A stretch of 64,000 nucleotides of DNA from Chiloscyllium plagiosum (lineage: Eukaryota). The notes under the pieces were generated by a model. The model was not told where the DNA came from, made no database searches, and saw nothing but the letters and a program-made list of their open reading frames with translations. This document shows, one piece after another, positions 12,530 through 25,214 of the stretch. The stretch is taken from contig NC_057720.1 in assembly GCF_004010195.1 (NCBI RefSeq), positions 27,839,473 through 27,903,472 of the forward strand, read 5' to 3'. Made by a program: the position numbers and the translations under genes. Position 1 is the first letter of the stretch. Each line of letters begins with the position of its first letter.

Positions 12530-14790
12530 TGCTGCTCTCCTTACAATATGTCAATGGTATCACTGTTGGAAAAAACATCCATTTCTCATTTGCAGGTTTG
12601 TGAGAGTGTCTAAACTTTCTCATCAGGACTACTGTTTTTATATAATAGTCCTCTGAAATTCCTTTAGCTTCAAATTTAATGTAAGCTCACTGTGACAAAC
12701 TTAGTTAACCCTGAATCTGCCTGCTGGACCCCACTTAATGAAGACATGCTAAACTTTGAGAATTATCCTCCTTCTTTGAGAGAGTTTTGGCTCTTGTAAC
12801 TTTGTGCTGTTACTTTGACTTTTGATTTTGGATTTTGTTTAGCCAGAGCTGTGCTGACTACACATGATGGAAAATTTCTGGAACTGGTTTCTGTACTGTT
12901 TCATCTGTTTTGCTTCACTCAGACTCATGTGATTGTAGGCAAAGCTGTAAGTTTTTCTCTCCAGCTAAATAATTTCTTGACAAATCCAACTATCACTGGT
13001 CCAGGCAACAAGTTACACACTGGGTTTTGTATATTGTAACTGGAATATTCTTTCAACTTATCCTGTTTGGCTTTTGTTTCACTCTCTGCATGTGCAGCTA
13101 AATCCTTCTGCACGCTGGATTTAGCTACATCTTTGAAGAGAAATAACTTACCTTTAGACAGAATGTCTTTATATCTCTCATCCACCTTTTCATTTCTCCT
13201 ACACTTAAGCAATGATTATCTCTAATCTCTTGGTTGCAGTTCAAGCTAGCTTGACCCATGGCATTTTCCTTTTGAGTTCCCTTTTTGGATGCATTCTTTT
13301 GGATGCCAATAAACCATGTGGACTTCCTCCCAATTTCCACCATTGTGAATGAAGGTGTCCCGCTTGATTGTTTTACTACAGTTTTGTTTTTACCTCCACT
13401 CTCGGTGCCTTCCTTTCTGATATGAGGAGGGGATAATGTGGCATTCCCAACTATCTACTCCTTACCCAGGCTACTTGCCTTCCTTTTCTACTTTCTATCA
13501 CTTTCTTTCTTTTTATCATTTTGGAATCTATGGGCGTAACAGAAAATGTTTAGTTTTATACATCAACTCATTATTGTCAGCTATTAATAGTATCTGTACA
13601 GCAGTTGCAACCCTTTGGCCTTCAACATGGATTCTTACTATAGAAGGTAGTAATTCTTCTAAGACAATGATCACTGAGAATTATATAGATAACTTCAGCT
13701 TCTAATGCATGTATTCACCTGACAAATTCCTTAACTTGAAAGGGTCAAGTATAATGTAGTATTCCCTTTTAAATTGCAAAACGTTTAGCTCATGCTTGCT
13801 GCACTAACGCGTATGTGCACAGGACCATCCATCCGTCCATCCCCCAGCTTTTCCATCTTTCCTTCATACGTCTTTCAATGTAGTTCAATATCGATGAATT
13901 CCAATATTTCATTGCCCAGATTATCTGCAGGAAATCTTTAGCAGTTTCAAGTATTTATTTTTACAATACAAAACTTGATGCTTCCTATAATCCATTATCA
14001 TTTGCTAATTCCAATTCCCAAACTTTGCTGTCTGAGTTTCAAATTAACCCTAGCAAGAGCCTCCAAACTTTTATCACAACCCGCTTGGGGAAATGCACTG
14101 ATACCCAAGCCCCATTACTCCTGGGATCATCAAAAAGTTAAAGATTGAATCAAATTACTCCAAAATTTTTAATTTTCCTTTTCTGATGATCTAACATTAA
14201 CAGAAAACACTGACCAGGTTTTTGCACTTAACAAGAACTACTCTTTATTTCAAATAAATCAGTTCTAACTAAAAGCAAACAGGATACTAATTATTAAGTT
14301 AACTTAAATTGCCCACCTTCTAAACACTTACAAAAAATTTAGAAAGACAGAAACAAAACACAAAGACTATGGATGCTGACAGTCTGAAACAAGAGCAGAA
14401 ACTGCTGGCAAAACTCAACAGGTCCAGTAGCATCTGTGGGACAAAAGCAGAGCTAATGTTTTGAGTCCAGCGACTCTTCATCAGAACAACAAAAACTGCA
14501 TGTCGTAGATGGAGAAAAAGAAAATTCGGGGAAACAGTTCATAGGGTGCAATCAGGTGCCATTTCTGATTGCCAAACTTCTTTCTGATTCCTTTCAACTC
14601 TTTACTGCAGACCTACAGCAACTGCCATACTAATTATGCAGTCTCTCCAGTGCAAATGATGCATAGTGAGTGAGAATAGCTAGCTAACTTCCTATTCTTA
14701 GTCACTTCTCCTAAAGAGAGAGAAATATTGTCTTTTTAGCCTCACACACAGGCTCTCTATCCTTAAGGGAGCCACAGTGTTGTAACGATG
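12530..14790 (-). mobile_element. Decayed Gypsy (Gmr1-like) LTR retrotransposon: LTR-like region, PBS-like site, gag/protease remnants and start of the integrase region
   Basis: Minus strand gives LEELLPSIVRIHVEGQRVATA..., DERYKDILSKGK, LPGPVIVGFVKKL, FPSCVV and VLMRKFRH, collinear with the plus-strand copy at 52-58 kb. A PBS-like tggaggctcttgctaggg lies at ~14047-14064. Boundaries are approximate. Confidence 0.7.
14365..14487 (-). mobile_element. PLE 3'-end fragment with a degenerate hammerhead-like core
   Basis: Reverse complement reads ctgatga-a-gagtc-gctg-gactc-aaaac, followed by the gatgct..tggacctg(t)tgag..ccagca tail shared with other PLE ends here. Confidence 0.55.
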
Positions 14791-14899
14791 AGCGCTCCTA
14801 TCCCACACAACAGCTCCTGATTTGAAAAAAAAATCAAAAGGTTATTCTGGTTATAATTGCTTGGAGCAGTTAAAACAAATTGGCATTGGAAGCAGTTAA

Positions 14900-16080
14900 A
14901 CCAGTTGGAACAGCTATCCCTGTTTTTTTTGGATTTAATTGAATTAATAAAAGCCAGACTATTAGAATTGGCAAATAAATTAGAGCTGGAATTTCTTCCC
15001 AGAGCCAAGAAACCAAACGTTGTGTGAGTATTGACAAAGTATTTGGAATTTTTGGAAATACAAGAAGGACTTGGTAACAGAGAGATGAGTCACTCGAGTT
15101 AGCAAGGATTCAATTACAAAGTGGCTTGAAATGGAGAAGGAAAGAACATTGGAATTGAAAAACAAGGAAATGAAAAACCTTAAAACTTGTATTTCAGTGA
15201 GAAGAGAAAGAGAGAGCCTGAGCATTTTACAAGAGAAAATGGAAAAGACAACAGTAGAGTTAGAGAATACTGGTGTAAACTATGCATTTAAAAAAAAGAC
15301 TTTAGATTCCCAAGCTGTTCCTGGGGAAAATCATAATCATAATCCATTAAGCCCAGTCGGGAAATGTTTACATTTGTTTGTTTGTAGGTCCTACTAAAAT
15401 GTAACAAAGATGTGGATTTCTTTATGCAATTTAAAAAAAAAGTAAAGTTTGGACCTTGTTGTTCCACAGTAAATTGATAGCTAGAACACATGGAGTCTAT
15501 GCATTGCTATTACAGGAGGTTTCAATGGATTATGATGATGTAAAAAAAAGGTTATTCTGGCGCATGAATTTGTTTCTGAAGAACACAGGCAAAGTTTCAA
15601 ATTTGAAAAATCAATCTGGGCAAACTTATTTTCAATTTGATAGGGTAAAACAAAGTAATTCTGACAAGATTGGGTTGGGATATCTAATGGGCATGGATGG
15701 GTTGGACCGAAGGGTCTGTTTCCATGCTGTACATCTCTATGACTCTCTAAGTGAATATATGCATGTAAGGACCATGGATGGAGCTCTCAAAAACAAATTT
15801 GCTCAGAAGAATTTTAAACTCATTTTTTTGTAATTAGTGCCAATGTTGAAGGGTTGCAACTAATAGACAGGCAGCAGAAATAGCTTAAGATTACATTCTG
15901 ATCTAGAAAACTATACCTTTTTCGGTCAGCTATATAAACTCTAGCAGGATAAAGATGGAAAATGAAAGGAAAGCATATAGGCAAGGTAGAGAATGAACAT
16001 TTTATAATGCTATAAGATTTTGCCACATCCAAAAGGAAGGTCCTGAGGGTGGAATTGAAATTTGAAGGCCCAAGTGTAAT
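14900..16080 (+). mobile_element. Second decayed Gmr1-like Gypsy gag remnant (contains a CR1 tail fragment at ~15667-15745)
   Basis: KARLLELANKLEL, a coiled-coil E/K-rich stretch, SKLIARTHGVYALL...DYDDVKK, and gaagaattttaaa...gcaact.atagacaggcagca, homologous to 53400-53760. Confidence 0.6.
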
Positions 16081-17773
16081 AAGGCATATGATTAAAGTGT
16101 GTACTTCACACTTTAATTATTGTGATATCACTAGTTTTAGAGTTTGGGTTTTGAACTAGTGGCATGAGATATTTGGTCTGTATGTATTAGGGGATTTAAA
16201 GATTGACTTGTAAGTTTTTTTTTGTTTGAAATCAATGATAGAGTAGTAATAAGAACTATTAGTTTTCTATCAGCTTATCTCGCATATCTGTGGGTATTGG
16301 AGTTGGAAAAATTATGGTTCACTGAAAGCAATTAATTAAGATCGTCACTGAAGGCTTAATTTAAGGATGCCAGCATCCCTGTCTACCATTATAGGACCTT
16401 AATTTAAAGATCCTATTTGACCCATTATGACAGTTACTGGTAACTTTTCTCACCATACCAGTAGTATTGCAACCTCTAATCTTGTACCTAACTGAGGCCT
16501 AATACTGCTGCTTCTATGCATTGCCCCCAATAAACTGTAGTTGAAGCAAATAAATTAGAGTTGGAATAAGAGATAAAACAAAAAGAGGGAAAATGAATAC
16601 TGGACAGTGATTCATATTGACCACATTCGGATTGGGATAGCTGGTGTGTGAATGCAATAATGAAAGAAAAGGAAAGATTTAAAACTTAGTTCTGAGAAAT
16701 GGAGACAGAGGATGTAAGGAGAATGAACAGTGAAGAATACAACTAGCATCTGGGAAAAGCAATTTATGTATAACTTATGCTAAGACATAGTATAAATGTG
16801 TTTTAATATTTGGCTTATTTACCATTTGTATCATAAATATTTGTGTCGAGATTGTGATGCTAGAAAAGCGCAGCAGGTCAGGCAGCATTCGAGTAGCAAG
16901 ACAGTCGATGTTTCGGGCAAAAGCCCTTCTTCAGTAATGAACTCTCTGATAACAGCAATATCCTTTCAGATTTGGATGTTGCTTAACTTCAAGGGGAGCC
17001 TGCAGGTGATGGTATTTGCATGCACCTGCTGTTCTTGTCTTTCTTGGCTTGGGAATAAGGATAAGTCTTTTAGTTTCTTGAACCTGTTTCATCATTTCAA
17101 GCAATCATGGTTGATCTGTGACCTAGCCCCATCTGGGCAGTAGAAATGTAGGTTTAAGACTTTTTTCTTGAAGAACTGGACTGCGATGCCTGGGTTCAAG
17201 TCCCAACTGCTCCAGATATGTGTAATAACATCTCTGAAAAGTTGACGTTAAAAAAAGCAGAATCACGGAAAAAAAAATCAGTGTTATGATGGTGGGAAAA
17301 CCATTCTGTTAACACTTTTGGATATATGAAAAACATACCTGGGGATTGACCTGCAGAACCGTCTGTCTCAGGCTGGGACTAGTCTATGTACACAGAGTAG
17401 TGGCTTTTATTTTGGTTTTAATCTCTGAAACAATGTTCCTTTCCAGTTGGACTTCATGAGTTATTCCCTAGTTCCAAAATCTCCAACCAGTGGAAAATAG
17501 TTTATCCTTATCTACCCCGTCTTTTCCTGTTAATATCTTGAATACCATAATCAGATCACCTTTTAAGCTTCTAAATTCTAGAGAAAACAGGCTCAATTTG
17601 TATAATCTCTCCTCATAACTTAATCCTTGAAGTCCAGATATAATTCTTGTAAAACTACATGTACTCCCTCCAAGGACAACATATCTCTCCCAAAATATGA
17701 AGCCAAGATCTGCCCACAGTCTACGACATGAAAGGCACTTCTATAATGCACATTGTTATTGCTTTCTACAAAA

Positions 17774-19108
17774 TAGAACATAGAAAAGTACAGCACAGAA
17801 CAGGCCCTTAGGCCAATGATGTTGTGCCGAGACTTAATCCTAATGTCAAATATAGTAACTTAACCTATGCAGCCCTCAACTCACTGCTATCCATGTGCAA
17901 GTCCAGCAGTTGCTCAAATGTTCCCAATGACTTCACTTCCACCACTTCAGCTGGCAACGTATTCCATACCTTCACAACTCTCTGTGTAAAGAACTTACCT
18001 CTGATGTCTCCTTTATACCTTCCTCCTAATATCTTCAAACTATGACTTCTCATACCAGTCAATCCTGCCCTGGGGAAAAGTCTCTGGCTATTGGCTCTAT
18101 CTATTCCTCTCATTATTTTGTACACCTCAATCAGGTCTCCTCTCTTCCTCCTTCTCTCCAGAGTGAAAAGTCTGAGCTTATTCAACCTTTCTTCATAAGG
18201 CAAGCCCTCCAGTCCAGGCAGCATCCTGGTAAACCTTCTTTGCACTCTCTCCAAAGCCTCTGTATCTTTCCTATAGTAGGGAGACCAGAACTGGACACAA
18301 TATTCCAAGTGTGGTCTCACCAGGGATTGGTAGAGCTGCAGCAAAACCTCACGATTCATAAACTCGATATTCCTGTTAATGAAAGCCAAAACACCATATG
18401 CTTTCTTAACGATCCTATCCACTTGGGTGGTAACTTTGAGGGATCTATGTACTTGCACACCCAGATCCCTCTGTTCCTCCACACTGCCAAGAATCCTGTC
18501 TTTAATCCTATATTCAGCATTCGAGTTTGACCTTCCAAAATGCATCACCTTGCATTTATACAGGTTGAACTCCATCTGCCATTTCTCAGTCCAGCTTTGC
18601 ATCCTATGTCATGCGGCAGCCTGCAGTAGCCCTCTATACTATCGACGACACCTCCAACCTTTGTGTCATCTGCAGATTTACTAACCCACCCCTCAAGCTC
18701 CTCATCCAAGTCATTTATAAAAACTACAAAGAGCAGAGGCCCAAGAACAGAGCCCTGTGGGATCCCACTCAACACTGTCTTCCAGGCAGAATACTTCCCA
18801 TCTACAACCACTCTCTGCCTTCTGACAGCCAGCCAATTCTGAATCCAGATAGCCAAATCTCCCTGTACCCCATACTTCCTGACTTTATGAATGAGCCTAC
18901 TATGGGGAACCCTATCAAATGCCTTGCTGAAATCCATATACACCACATCCACTGCTTGACTGTCATCAACCTGTCTTGACGCCTCCTCAAAGAACTCAAT
19001 AAGATTTGTGAGGCATGACCTGCCCCTCACAAAGCCATGCTGACTGCTTTTAATCACACTATGCTTTGCCAAATAGTCATAAATCCTATCCCTCAAAATT
19101 CTTTCCAC
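17774..19108 (-). mobile_element. CR1/HER1-like LINE, 3' 1.3 kb (RT in two overlapping frames)
   Basis: ORFs 18545-19108 and 17865-18602: [48 protein letters not shown]. 3' tail at 17774-17800. Confidence 0.93.
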
Positions 19109-19675
19109 AATAATCCAGATTTATTCTTAGCACCCCTGGTTGAGAATTAGTTCAGGTTCAGTTGTGCTGCTTCTGGTGTTGGAGCAGTAACTTACAGCCA
19201 GTGACAGGATTGATGTGTGAAGAATGGGCATTTGAGGTGGGGGTTTAAGCAGGGCACTCCCACAAAGTCACAGATGTACAGCACGAAAACAGACTTATCA
19301 GTCCAACTCTTGCATGCTGACTCTCCCATGAGACTTTATCCTAGCACAGAGGTCTGAGAAGAGAAAGGGAAGAGGCTTAAGAGATGAACAAAATTTTAGG
19401 GTCCAAAAAAAAGGAACTTTTTTTTTACTGTCCCCTACCCCATGACCTTTTCTTTAGACCCCTGGACTGGGAGGCCTAGGATAATATCCCACCTGCTTCA
19501 GAGGTGTGTAATATAATCATTGAACAGGTTGATTAGAAAGACAGATTTAAAAAAAAAAGCGGTTTGTGGCCCTCTTGTGGTGAAGTGGTACTGTCTCTAT
19601 TCCTGAACTAAGACACCTGGGTTCAAGTCTCACTTTCTGTCATAACATCTTTAAAAAGGTTGATTAGAAACATAG

Positions 19676-20849
19676 GTAAAAACAATGACTGCAGATGCTG
19701 GAAACCAGATTCTGGATTAGTGGTGCTGGAAGAGCACAGCAGTTCAGGCAGCATCCAAGGAGCTTTGAAATCGACGTTTTGGGCAAAAGCCCTTCATCAG
19801 GAATAAAGGCAGTGAGCCTGAAGCGTGAAGTGATAAGCTAGGGGAAGGTGGGGTGGGGAGAGAGTGACATAGAGTACAATGGGTGAGTGGGGGAGGAGAT
19901 GAAGGTGATAGTTCAGGGAGGAGAGAGTGGAGTGGATAGGTGGAAAAGGAACTAGGCAGGTCGGACAAGTCATGGGGACAGTGCTGAGCTGGAAGTTTGA
20001 AACTAGGATGAGGTGGGGGAAGGAGANNNNNNNNNNNNNNNNNNNNNNNNNNNNNNNNNNNNNNNNNNNNNNNNNNNNNNNNNNNNNNNNNNNNNNNNNN
20101 NNNNNNNNNNNNNNNNNNNNNNNCTATCACCTTCATCCCCACCCCCATTCACCCATTGTACTTTTTGCTACCTTCCCCCACCCTCCTCTCATTTATCTCT
20201 CCACCCTTCAGGCACTCTGCCTGTATTCCTGATGAAGGGCTTTTGCCCGAATCATCGATTTTCCTGGTCCTCGGATGCTGACTGAACTGCTGCACTTTTC
20301 CAGCACCGCTCTAATCCAGAAACTGAGGAAACAGTAGTAGAATCAGCAAGTCAGTGTGGATTTACAAAAGGGAAACTGCTTGATAAATCTACTGGAATTC
20401 TTCAAAGGTGCAGCTAGTAGAATAGATTGGGGGAGCTAGTGAATGTGGTTTATTTGAACTTTCAGGAGGCTTAGACAAAGCCCCTATTAAGAGATTAATG
20501 TGTAAAATTAAAGTGCTTGGGATTGGGAGTAGTGCATTGAGATGAATAGAAAATTGGTTAACAGACAGGAATCAAAGCATAGATGAGTTTTTCTGAATGG
20601 CAGGCAGTAACGAGTCGGGTATTGCAAGGATCGGTACTCGGACCGTAGCTTTTTACAACATATGTTAATGATTTAGATGAGATAACTACCTTCATCCCCT
20701 CCCCCACTCACCCATTGTACTCTCTCCCCACCCCCACCCTCCTCTAGCTTATCTCTCCACCCTCTTCCCCTAGCTTATCTCTTCACGCTTCAGGCTCACT
20801 GCCTTTATTCCTGATGAAGGGCTTTTGCCCGAAATGTCGATTTCAAAGC
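19676..20849. mobile_element. PLE inverted composite (minus arm, gap, plus arm, CR1 piece, second plus arm) with a 15-bp TSD
   Basis: tgattagaaacatag at 19661-19675 and 20850-20864. Arms carry cctgatgaagggcttttgccc(g)aa cores and a CT-rich tract. It spans an N gap. Confidence 0.6.
20027..20123. other. Assembly gap (97 N)
   Basis: Run of N located between inverted PLE arms. Confidence 1.
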
Positions 20850-21621
20850 TGATTAGAAACATAGATTAATAAAACAAAATGCCGGAGTCCTTGAGCTGCA
20901 GTGGGAGTGTCCCTGTCCCTGCACCATGAAGTCCTTTTTTCAAGTCTCACGTGTTCCAGAGGTGTGTAATGATGTCTCTGAATAGGCTGTTTAGAAAAAT
21001 AGGTTATATAAGAAAAATTAAGAAATTTTAAGAAGCTACTCAATCTGCTCTAGAGGTCTGTCATAACATCTCTGAAAAGGTTGATTAGAAAGATAGGTTA
21101 AAAAAATGTTGATGTGGGCCCTCTTGTGATGCAGTGGTAGCATCCTTACAAGAGACCTGTGTTCAACTGCCACCTCCTCCAGAGGTGTATAATACCATCT
21201 CTGAAACTTAGAGAAATAGGTTAAATAAAAATTGAAAAGAGGTTGATGTGGGTCCTCTTGTGACATAGTGGTAGTGTCCCTTAGCCCAGTTAACTAAGCA
21301 GCTACCCTCTAATGCAGACCCACCATCAACAGCATGGGTTCAATTCCTGCATTAGCTGAGGTTACTGTGAAGGACTCAGCTCCCCAAACTCTCCCCTCGT
21401 GAAATGTAGCGACTCTAAGGTCATCTCTCCCCACTCCTGGACTAGTAGGCCAAGGTTCAAGTTCCATCTCCTCCAGAGCTATACAAATAATATTGCTGAA
21501 CAAGTTGATTAGAAAAATAAGTTAAATAGAATAAAAAAAACAAAAAGTTGATTCATGTAGGGACTTGTGTTGGGTTATCAACGGCAGAAACATTTTGGCA
21601 CAACAACAACTGTGTGATTGG

Positions 21622-22235
21622 CAGACAAGCAGGAGGCTGGAAGAAATCAGTAAACCAGGCAGCATCAAGAGGTGGAGAAGTCAATGTTACAGCTCCTCTT
21701 TTACAGGACTGAGGGTGGATGTAAGGGGAGCTGCAGATAAAAGGTTGGATGGGGGAGGTGGGAGGTGATGTAGGGATAGGTGAACACAGGTTGAGGGTAC
21801 AACCTGGTTGGTTGATGGGAGGAATGAATCCAGTTGGTGGTGGAAGGAAGGGCCGATCAGAGGAATGGAAGGGATAGGGCTGGGAGGGGTTGGGAAGGGA
21901 GTCAGGGGATGGGAAGGGAGATTATTTGAAATTGGGGAACTCAATGTGTAGGCTGCCCAGATGAGGTATTGTTCTTTCAATTTGTGGTCTGATTTGCTGT
22001 GGCAATGGAGGAGGACAAAGATGGTTATGCCAGAAAGGAGTGGGAAGGGGAATTAAAATGGGCAGTGACTGGGAGGCCAGGTCAGCCCCTCTGGGCCCAG
22101 CTGAGATGCTCAGCAAAACATTGCCTGGGTCTACATTATGGTCTTCTCTACATCGGGGAGACAAATTGGGAGCACTGGATAGGCAGGTGAACTTCTGTCT
22201 CACCTGGAAGGACTGTTTTGCTACCCTACATGGAG
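21622..22235 (-). mobile_element. Penelope-like element 3' portion (GIY-YIG endonuclease remnant plus 3' end); left arm of an inverted pair
   Basis: Minus strand gives KQSFQVRQKFTCLSS, DLPVTAHFNSPSH and KLKEQYLI..IEFPNFK, the C-terminal GIY-YIG region of vertebrate PLE ORFs. Confidence 0.75.
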
Positions 22236-22940
22236 GAGATGGAAGATTAGGAGAAGTCTTAAACAAGAAGGGGTCATGAAATAGCTTTAGCTAGCAGAAT
22301 TAAGGAAAATCCCAAAGCATTTCTTTCTTATCTAAGAAGCAAGCGGGTAACTAGAGAAGGGATTGGTCCACTAAAAGATAATGAAGGAAGGCATGTGGGA
22401 GATCAGGGAACAGTTGACTGTCCCTGAAGACCATGTTTGCAGGAGATGTGTTTGGATCTGTCTCACATCAGGCCATTTGGAGTGGCTGGAGGGGCAGTTG
22501 GAGTCACTGAGGAGCATACAGGAGGCACAGCATGTGATGGTTAGTAGATGGTCACGTCACAGGTTCAGTCAGAAAGATGGGTGACTGTCAGGAGAGGTAG
22601 GAAGGTAGTGCAGGAGTCTCCTGTGGCGATCTCTCTCTCAAACAGATAGACCATTTTGGATTTGTTGAAGGGGATAGTCTGTCAGATGGAAATAAAAGTG
22701 ATAGCCAGATTTTGGGCACCAAGAATGAATCTTATGTTAAGCGGGATTTATTAATGTGTAAAAGAGTAATGGAATGAATTGAAATTGAATGAACTTTATT
22801 ACCACTTGCACTCGAACGATATCACTTACATCACCAACTCATGCACAAGATACTTAAGTATTTGATATAACATAGAAAAAATAATAAATAAAAAAGTCCA
22901 GCCTAAGGATACAAAGTACTCAATTTACAGTCTTTGCACC

Positions 22941-23745
22941 CCAGACCACACCGGACCCATTCTCCAGACCACACCGGACCCAGTCTCCAGACCGCACCAG
23001 GCCCATTCTCCAGACTGCACCGGGCCCAGTCTCCAGACCGCACAGGGCCTAGTCTCCAGACTGCACTGGGCCCAGTCTCCAGACCACACAGGCCTAGTCT
23101 CCAGACCGCACCAGGCCCAGTCTCCAACCGCACCGGGCCCAGTTTCCAGACCGCACCGGGCCCAGTCTCCAGACCGCACCGGGCCCAGTCTCCAGACCGC
23201 ACCGGGCCCAGTTTCCAGACCGCACAGGGCCTAGTCTCCAGATCGCACCGGGCCCAGTCTCCAGACCGTACCGGGCCCAGTCTCCAGACCGCAACGGGCT
23301 CAGTCTCCAGACCACACCGGGCCCATTCTCCAGACCTCACCGGGCCAAGCCTCCAGGTTGCACCGGGCCCAGTTTCCAGACTGCACTGAGCCGAGTCTCC
23401 AGACTGCACCGGGCCCAGTCTCCATCCACACCGGGCCTAGTCTCCAGGCTGCACTGGGCCTAGTCTCCAGACTGCACCAGGCCCAGTCTCCAATCCGTAC
23501 CAGGCCCAGTTTCCAGACCGCACTGGGCCCAGTCTCCAGACTGCACCGGACCCAGTCTCCATCCACACCAGGCCCAGTCTCCAGACCACACCGGGCCGAG
23601 CCTCCAGACTGCACCGGGCATAGTCTCCAGACTGCACTGGGCCCCGTCTCTTGACCGTACCAGTCCCAGTCTCCAGACTGCACTGGGCCCAGTCTGCAGG
23701 CAGCACCTGGCCAAGTTTCCAGACTATACTGGGCCAAGTCTCCAA
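22941..23745. repeat. GC-rich minisatellite, 23-bp unit ccagaccgcaccgggcccagtct, about 35 degenerate copies
   Basis: Periodicity is directly visible. It explains the repetitive ORFs in several frames on both strands. Confidence 0.95.
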
Positions 23746-24091
23746 CAATTCCTGCACCGGTTTGAGGTTACCATGAAGGACTCTCCTTCTCAACCTCTTC
23801 CCTCACCTGACAATGTGGTGAGCCTGAGGTTAAACTCCCACCAGTTGTCACTCTCTGATGAGACTATAGAAACCTTTTGCTCATGTCATTCTTATAGCTA
23901 AGAAGGTATTTGTGGGTACAAGAGAGAGGTTGGAGACTTAAAGATAAACTAAGTGCTTACTTATACATTAAAGATTAGAAATACTTACCAAAACTGCTCA
24001 CCAATCTACTGTTTTCTTTAGGGAAAACATAAACTCATTCCTTCCTCTGCTGAACCCCTTCAGACACTGACCTCCAGCATTCTCCTGTAAA

Positions 24092-24670
24092 TCATGGGTT
24101 CAAATCCCACCATGGCAGATGGTGGAATTTGAATTTAATAAAAATCTGGAATTAAGTGTCTAATGATGACTCAGTGGTTAGCATTGCTGCCTCACAGCGT
24201 CAGGGACCCGAGTTCGATTCCAGCCTCGGGTGACTGTCTGTGTGGAGTTTGCACATTCTCCCCTTGTTTACATGGGTTTCCTCTGGGTGCTCTGGTTTCC
24301 TCCCACGGTCCAAAGATGTGCAGGTTAGATGAATTGGCTGTGCTAAATTGCCCATAGTGTTAAGTGCATTAGTCAGGGGTAAATGTAGGGAAATGGGTCT
24401 GGGAGGGTTACTCTGCAAAGGGTCAGTGTGAACCTGTTGGGCCAAATGGCCTGTTTCCACACTGTAGGGAATATAATCATGCTTTCATTGTCAGAAAAAT
24501 CCATCTGGTTCACTAATGTCCTTTCAGGAAGGAAACTGCCGTCCTTACCTGGTCTGGCCTACATGTGACTCCAGTCCCACAGCAATGGGGTTGACTCTTA
24601 ACTACCCTCTGGGACGGGCAATAAATTCTGGTCTCGCCAGTGATGCCTCATCCCATGAAAGAATAAAAAT
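24092..24670 (+). mobile_element. SacSINE1-like DeuSINE with an HE1 SINE inserted
   Basis: gggttcaaatcccaccatggcag head, Deu-domain-like ccatctggttcactaatgtcc...ccttacctggtctggcctacatgtgactcc, and A-rich tail. A further fragment lies at ~58215-58360. Confidence 0.75.
24165..24475 (+). mobile_element. HE1-type V-SINE
   Basis: tRNA-like head (cagtggttagca...gttcgattcc), V-domain gtgtggagtttgcacattctcccc, and CR1-like tail ggcctgtttccacactgta. Confidence 0.88.
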
Positions 24671-24754
24671 AGTCACAGTAAGATGGCTACTTACATGTGT
24701 GCCCAACAGAAAAGCCCTTTCAGGAGCAAGTTAACTAGTTTCAACTGGTTCTGC

Positions 24755-25212
24755 AGGGTTGGAGGATCTGAGCTATAGGGAGAGGCTGAACAGGCAGGGG
24801 CTGTTTTCCCTGGAGCATCGGAGGCTGAGGGGTGACCTTTTAGAGGTTTACAAAATTATGAGGGGCATGGATAAGATAAATGGACAAAGTCTTTTCCCTT
24901 GGGTGGGTGAGTCCAGAACTAGAGGGCATAGGTTTAGGGTGAGAGAGGAAAGATATAAAAGAGATCTAAGGGGCGACGTTTTCACGCAGAGGGTGGTACG
25001 TGCATGGAATGAGCTGCCAGAGGATGTGGTGGAGGCTGGTACAATTGCAACATTTAAGAGGCATTTGGATGGGTATATGAATAGGAAGGGCTTGGAGGGA
25101 TATGGGCCGGGTGCTGTCAGGTGGGACTAGAATGGGTTGGGATATCTGATCGGCATTGACGGGTTTGACCGAAGGGTCTGTTTCCATGCTGTACACCTCT
25201 ATGACTCTATGA
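24755..25212 (+). mobile_element. CR1/HER1-like LINE 3' fragment
   Basis: LSYRERLNRQGLFSLEHRRLRGDLLEVYKIM, with a (ctatga)n tail. Confidence 0.9.
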
Positions 25213-25214
25213 TT

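Larger units (their letters stand above)
19455..21530 (+). repeat. Head-to-tail array of about six ~120-bp tRNA-derived SINE-like units (interrupted by a PLE composite)
   Basis: Recurring ggccctcttgtg..gcagtggtag (A-box-like), gttcaagtc (B-box-like), ccagaggtgtgt.ataacatctctgaa and aggttgattagaaa, each followed by an A-rich spacer. An isolated related copy lies at ~17185-17255. Confidence 0.65.

Noticed and set aside
12925..13343. K/E-rich ORFs that look like host exons
   Set aside because: Collinear with the Gypsy gag-protease remnants at 53.9-54.4 kb.
22903..23793. Repetitive ORFs (GPGAVWRL..., 73-168 aa) and a CRISPR-like appearance
   Set aside because: Translations of a 23-bp minisatellite. 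The repeats are contiguous with no unique spacers, and the context is eukaryotic.
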